Assembly: GCA_964658305.1 (NCBI GenBank)
Contig: OZ210884.1
Location: 3,286,001-3,350,000, forward strand
Direction of reading: 5' to 3'
Length of the DNA stretch: 64,000 bases
From: Leptogorgia sarmentosa
Taxonomy: Eukaryota
Position 1 is the first letter of the stretch; the number at the start of each line of letters is the position of its first letter. Positions 44,360 to 56,803 of the stretch are shown in pieces. The notes under the pieces were generated by a model. That model did no database searches and was not told where the DNA came from. It was given only the letters and a program-made list of their open reading frames with translations. A program made the position numbers and the translations under genes.

Positions 44360-44937
44360 GGGGCAATCCCGCACAAGTGTCCAGGTGCATGGCATGTCCA
44401 CGTCAAATGTTGCCGTAACCAAGTTAGCGTACGTAGCTTTAAGGGATCTTTTGAAGACGGAGAGGCTAGCAAAGGTGGTGGAGGGAAGAATTTTGCAGAC
44501 GTGGTTCCATAACTTGACAAGCTTTCAACGCGCGCTTGATACGCTTCTCGTCTTCCGAATCGCTAGCTAACTGCTCCGCTGTATAGCATTCGACCGTGAC
44601 CTTCCAGTATTTATCGGCGAGCAATAAATGCTTATTTCGCTCTGATAACAGTTTCTTACCTCCGGTAATTTCTTCAGAAATTTCCGCCAGCTCGTTCGAC
44701 GCCAACGTTTTTTCCATATGACTGACCACCGACTGGTTCAGCTCATATTGCTTCTTGTTTCCGGCGTACCGGAACTCGTGAACTACAGCTTTCTTCCTTC
44801 ACGCATAGTTCTGGCTCGGTTTTTCGGCCAACTTCGACTACAATCTCTGCAACTTCGCTGCGTTTTCCCTTTGTTGCGACATTTAGCGTTCGAGCCCATG
44901 CTGGAGCTTCTTCGATCGATCCGGGCGAGACGCTCAT
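44360..44937 (-). pseudogene. DIRS-like retrotransposon gag fragment
   Basis: GKKLLSERNKHLLLADKY-W..VECY....LASDSEDEKRIKRA, followed by a frameshifted GH..RDCP knuckle remnant. Confidence 0.7.
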
Positions 44938-45799
44938 ATCACCACTTTGCTAGTGAAAAAAGCCAGTTTTGTTCCATAAAAATAACACTAACTAAAATAT
45001 TTTACTTTGAAAGATTTTTAAACCATATTTTGTCGCTTGTTTGGTTTTCTTGGGGATGCTTTCTTGTTTAATTTTGTCAATTCCCTCCTGCGGAACTTCA
45101 GCAAACCGATCGGTTTTAAGTGTTAAAATAACTTAGCTAAGTTTTTTTTGCGTCAATTCCATGACAAGGACAACAGATTTTTTTTTTGTTTCATAATCAT
45201 TGCTACGGAAATGTCATTCATGACAGGGATTAGCGCTCTCCTTAGCGTTGCATGGGAAAACTTTCAATAAAATACCGTATGAAACATATACGAACGATTA
45301 TTATACTACCATTATATATAACATGTCAAGCTGTGATCACCCATATCTTCACTCTCCTGAAAAAAATTGAAAACAATAATAAGAATACATATTACACAGA
45401 TCACGTTGACCAACAATATAGTATATACCTCGTTCAATGATAGTATGCATTGCACCATCTCTTCTATATTATCACCACTTTCAGTACACAACTGAACACA
45501 ATATAGTCATAAGTAAAAGTCTCAACAATATATTTAATCATTCAAATGCACAACTTACATGAGGTTATTCAATAACCAAGGTTAACAGCTAGGCAACCAG
45601 GCCTCCATGCGTCAACGCCCCACGTGATCGAGGGGGGGCAGGTAATACGAGAGCGGTCGAAGGCCTGGCATCAGTTATCGTTGTGCGGAGAACGGTGTTA
45701 GTAAATTTGTTTTTGTTTTTGGGCGTGTTTCAGTTATTTACGCATTCAGGAATTGATTTAATTTAGTTGGCTTGTGATATATTTTTTTTAAACTCCACC

Positions 45800-46185
45800 A
45801 ATTCTTTGAATTTTAACTCATTGTTTGCCATTCGTTGATTGATTTGCTCAAACACGTCGGAGAAGCGATCCAACAGCAATGCATAACTCTCTTGGCTGAT
45901 TTGTACCAAATAGTCAATAAATTGTTTGATCATTTCTCTTGTATTGCCGGAGGACACAAAACACTTTGGTTCATCATAGCCAGGGACGTTGGAGCACACA
46001 GAGACACTCAATGGGACATGTTCGGCTTCCCATGTACGTAAGCTTTGCTGTGTTTCTCGGGTGTTGGTTTTCATAGCACTCAAAGTCGAATGTTGCCCGA
46101 TACGGGTAGTACTTCAACTCTTCAGAGATCACAACACCTTCGTCTTCGAGGAAATCGAATATCGTTTGTGGGACTTTGAGTACAT
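45800..46185 (-). pseudogene. Polinton/Maverick (adintovirus-like) protein-primed DNA polymerase B fragment, exonuclease start
   Basis: KVPQTIFDFLEDEGVVISEELKYYPYRATFDFEC...TAKLT/WEAEHVPLSVSVCSNVPGYDEPKCFVS; ExoI-type FDFE motif; frameshifted. Confidence 0.75.
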
Positions 46186-47131
46186 AATTAGATTTTTGAT
46201 ATAGCAGAAGTGACATAATCTGATATGTAACTGGCACCGCTTGCCATTATTCAGGGATCTCGTTTGTTATTCCCTGTTCCGCTTTCAAGTATTCGTCATG
46301 TAGAATGATTGCGATATATTGACAGTAAACACCACCAGGGAACACGTGTCGGACAGTCGCTTCGCAGGTTTTCTCGTGTTTATTTAAAACTTTCGCTGTT
46401 TTCCATACCTTGTCACACTTAGACTTACTTAGACTTAGACAAGTAGGACTTTGAGTACATATTTAGATTCTTGATATAGCAGAAGTGACATAATCTGATA
46501 TGTAACTGGCACCGCTTGCCATTATTCAGGGATCTCGTTTGTTATTCCCTGTTCCGCTTTCAAGTATTCGTCATGTAGAATGATTGCGATATATTGACAG
46601 TAAACACCACCAGGGAACACGTGTCGGACAGTTGCTTCGCAGGTTTTCTCGTGTTTATTTAAAGCTTTCGCTGTTTTCCATAGCTTGTCACACTTAGACT
46701 TACTTAGACTTAGACAAGTAGGACTTTGAGTACATACTTAGATTCTTGATATAGCTGGAGTGACATAATCTGATGTGTAACTGGCACCGCTTGCAATTAT
46801 TCAGGGATCTCGTTTGTTATTCCCTGTTCCGCTTTCAAGTATTCGTCATGTCGAATGATTATATAATAATAAATCTATTTATTAAAATCACATTGCAGTA
46901 GAAACTGAATTACATGATTATATGACAACTTTAAATAGCTACAATAAAATATTTAACGAAGATTAGGACAATGATTAAGACACCTATATATACACATTGT
47001 CAAGGGCTATAATACTCTAGTAATTGCGATATATTGACAGTAAACACCACACGGGAACACGTGTCGGACAGTCGTCGCTTCGCAGGTTTTCTCGTGTTTA
47101 TTTAAAGCTTTCGCTGTTTTCCATAGCTTGT
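46170..47131. repeat. 275 bp pPolB-derived tandem repeat, array A (last unit interrupted by an AT-rich insert at ~46861-47022)
   Basis: ctggcaccgcttg recurs at 46231, 46506 and 46781. Confidence 0.92.
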
Positions 47132-47292
47132 GACAGAGTTTGACTAATGGTCGCGTGTCGCGGGTAAAAAGTCGCGGGTCGAATAAAGTGTGTAAAAATC
47201 ACGTTATCATTTTGAATTTATTTAATACTGTTTTAAATAACCATATAATATATATATTCATACTACGACATTTTAGTACAGTATGCACACGA

Positions 47293-49496
47293 CTAATCAT
47301 ACAACTCTATATTTAAGTCGCTGTTCTCTAACACTTGTTTCTGGAGAGCACTGATCGATGCGTAGAGGCTTGACGACAAATGCACGCAGCCAGTGAATAG
47401 CGGATTTTTACGTCTGATATGGTCAGAAATGGGATGGTAATAGGTATTAGTAAAGTCCGGACTGTAAATATAGGAATGAGGAACACGATCCTTTTGCATT
47501 ATCCGTCTATCAACGTGCTTTACGATGATATTATATGGCTGTTGCCTATATTTATCAACAAACTCGCAGTTACAGCCATAACATCTTCGAACATTTGTTG
47601 GCAATATCATAAGTTTGTAATGGTACGGCGACAGTCCTGAATGCCATATTGGTGAAGGTGAAGTAGTGGTAGAAGGAAGCTGAGGCTGACTGTAAGGTAA
47701 TCGTGGGAATATTGGTCTTGTGATAATGTTATAATCATTTGCATTTGCAATGGTCTGTCGATCATTTTGGATTGTGGGAAAACGACATGAAAAGTTGGGA
47801 GGGAATAGACTGGAAGCATGATGTCCTGGATGAATGTTAGTACTAGCATAGGCCATAGAGGTTTGAGACGGTGTGGCAGGGCTGGTTATACCTGGCTGGA
47901 TCGTACGCGTTGCCGATAGAGTGTACCTACCGAACTGGTCATCGTTGTCTGCAGTTGGGGGAATTCGCGTATGCGAAGTTGAAGTGGAAGACACTCGCTT
48001 ATCGTTTGTCTTTGTCTTAGTGCTTTTTTCCTTGGCCTTGCGCTTCTGAGGGGGGCGATGTCCAGATTCACCATCAATGTTCTCTCCAAGTTCGCTTATC
48101 CCTCTCCCAAAACGCGCAGCCTGGTCAAGACTGCGTCTGTAGTTTCTGTGTGCAGAGGAAGGACCGGTTCCACCTGACGACGTCCCTTTTTAGTACTCTC
48201 TCATGTGAGCTTCTAATAAAATGCTATCCCGTGTGTCCATATTTGCAGCCTCGAGCAGGTATAAATTGCTTCGATCTCGATGCGCCCAGCCAGCATGAAT
48301 CACTTCTGCTTGGTTCATTTTGTGTCGACCTGCAGGCGTGAAAGCGTTGAAGATAAACTCTCTCCGGTCGTCCCACCACTGCAACCATGATTGTAAAAAC
48401 TCGCGATCAGGTTTCTCGTTAGCAAATTTAGTGAGATTACTCATTGCAGCTGCATAACCCTCGCCAGTCTGTGCAACCAACAGAGCTTCGCACATGTCTT
48501 TATATTAGACTCCTGTGCACTTTCCTCGTCAAGTTCTCTGGCTTTCTTGTTGCGATTTTGCTTAAAATGAAATTCGCAGGTTTTCACTCGTTGTTACGCC
48601 TCGCTCCCAAACACATCCCTTATTCCGATAAGATTGGCTCCAGCCATATCAGTGCTCCATCCCGTGGGATTGAAAGTGCAAGTGCTGGTTGTTGCTTTAC
48701 TTAGTGCTTCTTGGAATAGCGTCCAAAATAACGTCACGCATCCTGAGTCCTCTGCCTCGGTTTCCATCACTGCTAAAGGAATTTGCTTCTTTAGGAACGG
48801 GTTATACACGCTTGCCGTAAGAGTTGTATAATTTTTACAACGTTTTATCTTACCGTCAAAGAAACAATATTCTTTGTTAAGAAAATGGTCACCGTCTTTA
48901 TTCATATTTTTTGCCATTAATAGCTTGGCTTTACTTGTCTTGAAAACATAAGTTGGTAAATCGGGGTTGTCGCGTGAGTCGTTTATTTTATACAAATAAT
49001 AGGGGTCTTTGGGATCGCAAAAATGTTTGAACGTGACCAGTGCCTCGAAGTTTTCTCCCTGGGGATTGAGTTCTTGTCTTACTGCCTGCTTCTGGTTTGA
49101 AATCCATTTACAGTCTACCAGCTTACTTGCCTCTTTGTCGATTTTGTCCCACGATTCTCCTTCTCGCAATAACGAAACAAGCAGAGCTGACTGAACTTGG
49201 GAAGGCTTGAAGGTTGGATCTGTTTTCAGCATATTCCTCACATTGGCAACTGGCTTCTCTGACTTGGTATACACTGGACAAGTGTGGTTACCACAGTGAA
49301 ATACTTTCATTTTCTGTCCTTTAATAAAGATGTAGCGTCTAGCAGGGCAAGCAACAGATTCTGCAGTTACTCCACAGGCTGTGCACTTATCTTTACTGAA
49401 CTGCATCTTGTTTACAACCCCATATTGAGTTTTATAGATGCACTCGTTGTTGTTACATGTGAGAGAGCCACGACAATTTGCGAACCGCATATCTTT
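47293..49496 (-). pseudogene. Mutator-like (MULE) transposase with N-terminal GCM-like and C-terminal PARP-type-like Zn finger; 5' truncated
   Basis: CRGSLTCNNNEC...CTACG...CPARR...HCGNHTC; FFDG; STDMAGAN; in-frame TAA at 48594-48596 then RVKTCEFHF (CxxH); frameshift; NQAEVIH; VRRCYGC...YYHP. Confidence 0.8.
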
Positions 49497-50044
49497 GTGG
49501 GACTTTGAGTACATATTTAGATTCTTGATATAGCTGAAGTGACATAATCTGATATGTAACTGGCACCGCTTTCTCCCTTCGGAGACTACTGCCGCGTGCC
49601 GTTTCTTGCGATTCTTTTTCTTAGGGGATTTCGCGTTCGCTTTGGCTGTCGTGTGTTTGGCTTTCGGCTGCGGTGACTGTGGAGGTCAGGGGTGCTGGTT
49701 CCTTAAACACATGTTGCCTTGACTGCTCAGTTTGAGGTTGGGTTTTAGATGGAGGGGTTTGGGATGGCGTGTGGGTTGGGACGGGTCCAGTGGGCGGGGT
49801 GGGTTCTGGGTTCTGTCTCCCTTGCGGTTACTTTCGGTGGGGCCGTTTGTTCTGGGGTGGTTTTGGTGGACATCGTAGCAGGGATTGTGGCTGGTGGGAC
49901 GTGGGATTCTAGATTGTTGCTTTCTGGATGTTCCTGGGGAGTCGTTTGAGCTGTTGTGGTTGTCTGATCGGATGGTGGGTCATGTTCGGTGTTGGCCGCC
50001 CAACTGCTACCGGTGCCCAGCCTCGGGGGTTACCCGTGTTTTGT

Positions 50045-51141
50045 TCAGAGATCACAACACGTTCGTCTTCGAGCAAATCGAATATCGTTTGTGGGACTTT
50101 GAGTACGTATTTAGATTCTTGATATAGCTGAAGTGACATAATTTGATATGTAACTGGCACCGCTTGCCATTATTCAGGGATCTCGTTTGTTATTCCCTGT
50201 TCCGCTTTCAAGTATTCGTCATGTAGAATGATTGCGATATATTGACAGTAAACACCGCCAGGGAACACGTGTCGGACAGTCGCTTCGCAGGTTTTCTCGT
50301 GTTTATTTAAAGCTTTCGCTATTTTCCATAGCTTGTCACACTTAGAGACTTACTTAGACTTAGACAAGTAGGACTTTCAGTACATATTTAGATTCTTGAT
50401 ATAGCTGAAGTGACATAATCTGATATGTAACTGGCACCGCTTGCCATTATTCAGGGATCTCGTTTGTTATTCCCTGTTCCGCTTTCAAGTATTCGTCATG
50501 TAGAATGATTGCGATATATTGACACTAACAACAACAGGGAACACGTGTCGGACAGTCGCTTCGCAGGTTTTCTCGTGTTTATTTAAAGCTTTCGCTATTT
50601 TCCATAGCTTGTCACACTTAGAGACTTACTTAGACAAGTAGGACTTTGAGTACATATTTAGATTCTTGATATAGCTGAAGTGACATAATCTGATATGTAA
50701 CTGGCACCGCTTGCCATTATTCAGGGATCTCGTTTGTTATTCCCTGTTCCGCTTTCAAGTATTCGTCATGTAGAATGATTGCGATATATTGACACTAACA
50801 ACAACAGGGAACACGTGTTGGGCAGTTGCTTCGCAAGTTTTCTCGTGTTTATTTAAAGCTTTCGCTGTTTTCCACAACTTGTCACACTTAGACTTACTTA
50901 GACTTAGACAAGTAGGACTTTTTGAGTACATAATTTTATTTAGATTCTTAATATAGCTCAAGTGACATAGCTAATCTGATATGTAACTGGCACCGCTTGC
51001 AATTATTCAGGGATCTCGTTTGTTATTCGTAGGTTTTCTCGTGTTTATTTAAAGTTTTCGCTGTTTTCCATAGCTTGTCACACTTTGAGGAACAGTAGGA
51101 CCTTGAGTACATATTTAGATTCTTGATATAGCTGAAGTGAC
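50045..51141. repeat. 270-286 bp pPolB-derived tandem repeat, array B
   Basis: ctggcaccgcttg recurs at 50154, 50431, 50701 and 50987; 50045-50180 duplicates 46121-46260. Confidence 0.92.
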
Positions 51142-51871
51142 TTCCCTATAGGTTGAGATATATGCTGTTGGCAAAAGTACGGTGAGATCTCTAAATGAGT
51201 TGCGCAACAATCTTGGTTTTCTCATTATCTTCACTTTCACATTCGACGAGTCGATACACGTAAATGTTTAGTTCGAATAAATTTTACAAGTCGGGAAGTT
51301 CTTCAAGTGTCACACCATCAAAACATCGTCATGTTACACCTCGCACCTCAAAATAATGTTGTGTGTCGCGTTCTAAATTGTGTGAGTAACATCCACGGTG
51401 TAGAGCCAAACAACGGAAAAACACAGTTTGTCCTCGAACGGCAAACCAGTTTGCTTACTACAATCTAGAGATCCGATAGAAGGATTTTCTAACACGTATT
51501 TGGGTAAACGAGTACTGCGTCCAATAGGGTGATCGCGAAGTTTTGTCACGTAGAATGTCGCGTTAGTGATATCGACAACCACCCACTTGGAGTTGGGACG
51601 TTGTTGGCGAGCCCATTCAAACGCATCCAGATTTTCTAACGCTAGCCGAATTTGTTGCAAATCTTCACGACTGCGAACCAAAACGGTGCCTCAAATACAC
51701 GCCGGTTGTTATTGGCTGACGAATGGTGGTATACTGCATCTGTTCAGTGTCGTTATTAAATAGAACAAAACCAAACGACAGATTCTCTTTTTTATTAAAA
51801 CGGTCGTTTGGTCTTTGTATATATTGTCGAAAATGTTCCCTCCGTTGAACTGTAGTTCTCGACACAATCAC
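51030..51871 (-). pseudogene. Polinton pPolB N-terminal region
   Basis: NLSFGFVLFNNDTEQMQY/YHSSANN..FEAP; EWARQQRPNSKWVVVDITNATFYVTKLRDHPIG..LP; EDKLCF; LNL*GSHFSYIKNLNMYSRSY...CDKLWK.....KHEKT; several frameshifts. Confidence 0.75.
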
Positions 51872-52003
51872 TCTTTTTGGTTTATAGATTTTATTAAAAT
51901 ATTCACAAATAAAATTAACGTATTAACGATCCCAAATCAGCGCACGGGCTATACAAATCACACTTGTCACTGTTGTTACATTCACTCTGTATCACACTAA
52001 GGT

Positions 52004-52564
52004 TCACTTCACACTTAGTGGTACAGATAGTTTTCTTTTTAATTTTTCCTGCTTATGACCTCTCAGCTTTGCATCCAGTAGATTCCGTCTTTCATTCACC
52101 ATAGACTCTTGTGACTGAATCTCTTGAGATGTTTCAGCCTGATTATCAAGGTTCTCATCTCCAAATTTCTCTCTATCGAAGCTTGTGTTGGATGCGGGAC
52201 TTGCTGGAACTGGGCTTGAGCTTCTGGATTCTACCCCAGTGATATCTCCAGATTCAATACCAGCATGTATGGTTAATGTAGCAGGAGACCCTCCCCATAT
52301 GGCCTCACACGATTCAAAATAGAGAACTGCCTTGCCACTCTCGATGGCTGACCGGGCTTTCGACCGTACAGCTTTGAGTTTGGTTGTTATTATCATTCTC
52401 GTTATCTCTTCTGCCTTGTGCGGAAAATCTTTTCCCATAGAACTGGCATTTTCTGCGGACGGATATTGGAACGTGAAGGATGATGATGAAGAACGTTCGA
52501 GGATGTCAGAGTACTTGCTCTGACAAGATTGCCAGTCGACATTATCGGCGGTTTTCTTTCTCAT
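52004..52564 (-). pseudogene. Myb/SANT-like DNA-binding protein fragment (Harbinger-associated type)
   Basis: VDWQSCQSKYSDI...ITTKLKAVRSK.R.A..SG...YFESCEAIWGGSPAT...GIES; internal deletion, no clean termini. Confidence 0.6.
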
Positions 52565-52612
52565 TATCTTGCGTCCTTCAGCTTTTACGGCAACTAATCA
52601 AGTTGTTATTAG

Positions 52613-53810
52613 CTAATTAATGACTATCATTAAGTCCTTTGGTGATTCGGGAGTTATCCCTCCAGGTTTGAGCTCCGCACTACAGCCATAACAGACTCTC
52701 ACTGAAGGATGTTGATGCTGGATCAAGCCGATCACGAAAGAACCAAACGGAGGCACTTGTCTGGCGGGCGCTGGATTCGCGAAAGGTTGATTTGCGGATG
52801 TGTTGGTCTGCTGATTCCCAGGCTGTGATCCATTAGCAGCTTTCGATTGCGATTTGAATCTTTTGTTTTGCTCTTTTACTCTTTTTTTTCTTAGACTTTT
52901 GTTTAGTCGGTTGTGGTCTGTGTGAGGAGTTATCGTCAGGTTCACTTCACACTTGGTAGTACAGATAGTTTTCTTTTTAATTTTTCTTGCTTATGACCTT
53001 TCAGCTTTGCATCCAGTAGATTCCGTCTTTCATTCACTATAGACTCTTGTGACTGAATTTCTTGAGATGTTTCAGCCTGATTATCAAGGTTCTCATCTCC
53101 GAAAGTCCCAAACGGAGGCATTTGTCTGGCGGGCGCTGGATTCGCAAAAGATTCATTTGCGGATGTATTGGTCTGCTGATTCCCAGGCTGTGATCCATTA
53201 GCAGCTTTCGATTGCGATTTGGATCTTTTGTTTTGCTCTTTTTTTTCTTTTTTTCTTAGACTTTCGTTTAGTCGGTTGTGGTCTGTGTGAGGAGTTATCG
53301 TCAATCTTTCTTCCATTTTGGTGGTTCTCCTGTCCAGACATTTCCTCCCCAAGTTTCCTCGCCGCTTCAATTTCTCTGAAGTGTGTTGTTCGCTGTTTTT
53401 CTGTGCTAGAAGGTCCTCATCCTCTGGCTGTAGATGTTCCGGCCTTTAAACCTTCGTACTCAGCATCTCGGTTTCCTGATTTGTGTTTGGTGCTAAAGTT
53501 AAGTAATTAAACCAAATTGTCTCAGGTGTAATTTATAAATAGGAGTTAGATCGTCCATAATTTGTGGAGGTATTTGGACCAAGGAACTGAAGGAAGGTAC
53601 AAAATATGCTAGGTACCTTTTCAGACACCCAGAATTTACGTGGAAATATACGTTTCCTGGGCTCTTTCTCGAAGTTCTCGTATTGTCATAGAATGACCTC
53701 ATCGCGTTTGAGGCAATTACAAGGTCACGAGGTGGTTCTCCAATTTGTCCTCCAGGCTTTAGTGGTTGTGAACACCCAAGACAGGTTTTCACTGGTGGGG
53801 GGGGGGGGGG
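52613..53810 (-). pseudogene. Two further transposase C-terminal fragments with CxGC...P.DL...H...C Zn finger, partly duplicated
   Basis: SVRVCYGCSAELKPGG..PESPKDLMIV (52613-52750) and VKTCLGCSQPLKPGG..GEPPRDLVIA...NVYFHVNSGC (53499-53800). Confidence 0.6.
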
Positions 53811-53974
53811 GACAAGATCCAAAAAGATATACCATGTATGAGCCAAAAAAAGGGTTCGGATAACCATGTGATGGGGGCATAAAGGGATCATTATATACGT
53901 GCTTGAAGAAGCATGCAGCTGTTGTTCTTGCGAAACTACTTGTTGCTGTGTTGGTATGAGTTGTTGAACAAATT

Positions 53975-54072
53975 GGTGTTGTTGTAGTTGTTGTGGTAGT
54001 TGTGGCAGTAGTTGTTGTTGTAGTTGTTGTGGTGGTTGTTGACGTCGTAGTTGTTGCTGTAGTTGCCGTTGT
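53975..54072. repeat. (GTT/GTA/GTG)n low-complexity tract
   Basis: Direct reading. Confidence 0.85.
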
Positions 54073-54689
54073 TTTCGTTGACGACAGAAAACAGACGGCT
54101 GGCATACTTTAGCGCTTGTTTCCGGAACAAATGTGCTTCAAGCACACACACACTCAATAAATAAACGATTTTCTTGTATTTCTTTGCGAGAGGTTGTGGG
54201 TTTTAAACTTATAAGTATAACTATATACGCAACCATTTATACGATATACAGCTCCGGCTCCGTTGTATCGCTGTATCGTCTTTTTAGTAGTCGCCGATAC
54301 ACGATCCCAAATTAGCGCACGGGCTATACAAATCACACTTGTCACTGTTGTTACATTCACTTCGTCTCACACTAAGGTTCAGTTTAAGTGCTAAAGTGAC
54401 ACTAGTTTTAAGAGTTGATTTAACACTTACAGTGTAGTGTTGAAACAACACTTGCAACACTTCTTCTGGTGCTAAAATTACACCAGTTTTAAGGAGTTAA
54501 TTTAACACTTTCAACAGGCACATTAAGATGCACACAAAAGAGAAATATAGGTTCATAATCGAATATTATTATTAATTGCTCATTAACAAATGATATAAAC
54601 AAGTGATTATGGTAATTTATTTTGGAGTACAAGCTCACTTAAAAGTTTTTCTACTGATATTTTCTTCGTTGCATCACTAGGGTTGCTCA

Positions 54690-55232
54690 AGGTTACAGCT
54701 TCCAAAAATGCATAGACATGCACTACATACACCAGGAGTATACTCCATATTCAGTATGTACAATGTGGCAATGAGTATTGCCACCACCATAGCCACTGAA
54801 ATATTCTTCCCAGCGAAACTTAGATAAATTTGCCCCAGGACGGCAATGTATAGTGGGTCCAAGGATGCAAGGTCACCTGATTCAACAATTCTTGGATATG
54901 TTGATCTTTCAATTTCTTCATCACTGAAGTCGTCATCCTAAAAGTAATCATTTTCCATTAGTGTAACGAGTTGTCAAGTTCTAATGTAAGTGTGGCATTG
55001 GTTACTGATTGGCTGCACTACTCGTTATCCAATTTTCGATGGGAAAAGGCAACAAACTGTCACTTCCTTAAGACAAATACACTGTTGACATTGATCACAA
55101 ATGAACAATAGGGTCATAATAACACAAATCATGAATACACTCACTGTGCACAGCACAAAGAAGAGGTCTTCCGAAGTGGCCCTCTCTTCAAACATGACTG
55201 AAGCACCAATGCTGTTACTGTGCTTTCGATAT
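54690..55232 (-). pseudogene. Intron-containing fragment of a transposon-associated (SAMD3-like C-terminus) gene
   Basis: ttttag|DDDFSDEEIERSTYPRIVESGDLASLDPLYIAV...ILIATLYILNMEYTPG; upstream exon ~55145-55232 has ttacag and gtgagt sites. Confidence 0.4.
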
Positions 55233-56046
55233 CTGTAAATAAGAAAAATTAGTGAACACAAGCCAACAGATACAAGATAAATACCATGTATTTCCTTCCA
55301 TACCTTCTTATATTTGAACGTGGAGTATAAAGTAGAGAGCCACTAATCTTTTGACAAAGGTCGCTCGACAGCCCGAAAGTACTTGGACATGCCTTCAAAG
55401 GCGCGTTTCAGGAAAGCACTATTCATATTCAAGCCTTTTTCAAGAAGACGTCCTAAATTTTTCCCAAACAAAGCATCTCGCTTGGTAGTTCCATTGGCTT
55501 TTTCGCACCGGCACTTCTCACCACGACCGCGTTCATTCTGGCAAATAATGATGTGAAAGTGCAAACAGGCACCAACCATGAACAACTGGCGAACTGGATC
55601 GGTTTGGAGCTTTCGTCGTTCATTACGAAATTTTTCATATAATTGTGCAATCCAAGAGTCAATACTAAATGGATATATGATATAGTATATATGGGATATA
55701 ATTGGCCATGGTTCCAGCGTCTTAATTCTTCTTATAATATAGGCGTAATTAATTGACGAAATGGAAAGGCTTAATTTGAATTAATATACTCACATAATAT
55801 ATATAAAACATGTAGAACCATACTTATAAGGTAAAATGGGAAAAGGGGTAAAACATTCTCGTGAGAAATATTCTCCGTAGTTTTGATGAAAACAGTGCAA
55901 GGTTACCACTGGCAAGAACAGCTGTTAACTCTGGCCTGAAACTTTTCGGTAACTCCATGACAGAGGGCCATGCACGCTTGGCGTTGAATACCTGCATGTG
56001 TTCCCGATGTAGTTGGTGTTGAGGGCGTTTTGGGATAGCAGTTGCC

Positions 56047-56207
56047 AGTAGTACTAATTAATATGCAATAGGAATATGGCGGAAAATTAATATGCAATAG
56101 GAATATGGCGGAAAGTTAATATGCATTAGGAATATGGCGGAAAATTAATGTGCATTAGGAATATGGCGGAAAATTAATATGCAATAGGAATATAGCGTAA
56201 AAATTAA
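56047..56207 (+). repeat. AGTAGT followed by 5x 29 bp repeat; possible Polinton terminus
   Basis: agtagt at 56047, then aattaatatgcaataggaatatggcggaa x5 from 56056. Confidence 0.6.
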
Positions 56208-56293
56208 TTGGTATGCGCGCCAGAAGTAATTATTATACAGGAGCGAGTAATTAGTATCGGTGTATTATTAACATTTTCAAAAAATATTTACAG

Positions 56294-56803
56294 TTAAATG
56301 GAGTGCCAGAGGCATCCACAGTGTGTAATTTCTCCGCACTCTATGGAGAAATTGCAAGTTAATCGTTTCAATGTTTCTTTTACAGTGTCTACACATTTTT
56401 TGTGCACATGTGTGCCGCAGCAGTCGGTTTCTTGCAGCTCTTCGTCTTCGTTTTTCTTTTCTAAACATAACCAGCATAGCTCTTTATCTGGAAACGCCGT
56501 TCGACAGTGGCCGCATCTCACGGTTCCGGGCGTTGTGCTTCTTGCTGCCCACTGTCGGAAGCCCTCAGCATGTGCTCTTTGACGGCAGCAGTCCATGGTC
56601 ATGGCCAACATTTCATTCATTTCGATGTCTTCATAGCAGAAGTAGCACCGTCCTTTCTCGTCTTTATTTTCTGTTAGGATTCCAAAGAGAGGAATGATGG
56701 TTGTGTACATCTCGTCTTCTGGTTCTGGTAGAACGCCAATCTTTTCCATTTCGATTTGTGACTGATGTTGATGAGGAAGCGTATTTATCTCATTTCGTAT
56801 CAT
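56294..56803 (-). CDS. Intronless protein with two RING-like Zn fingers, probably Polinton/viral cargo (start may be 56748)
   Basis: CYFC...DCC..AH..(G)F..W...CGHC and CWLC...DCC..VH..C...C...HC. Confidence 0.6.
   Translation of the reverse strand: MIRNEINTLPHQHQSQIEMEKIGVLPEPEDEMYTTIIPLFGILTENKDEKGRCYFCYEDIEMNEMLAMTMDCCRQRAHAEGFRQWAARSTTPGTVRCGHCRTAFPDKELCWLCLEKKNEDEELQETDCCGTHVHKKCVDTVKETLKRLTCNFSIECGEITHCGCLWHSI

Noticed and set aside
53725..54157. Thr- or Asn-rich ORFs as a mucin
   Set aside because: Produced by a trinucleotide tract open in several frames within TE debris.
56056..56207. 29 bp repeats as a CRISPR array
   Set aside because: Units are head-to-tail with no unique spacers, no cas genes, eukaryotic context.
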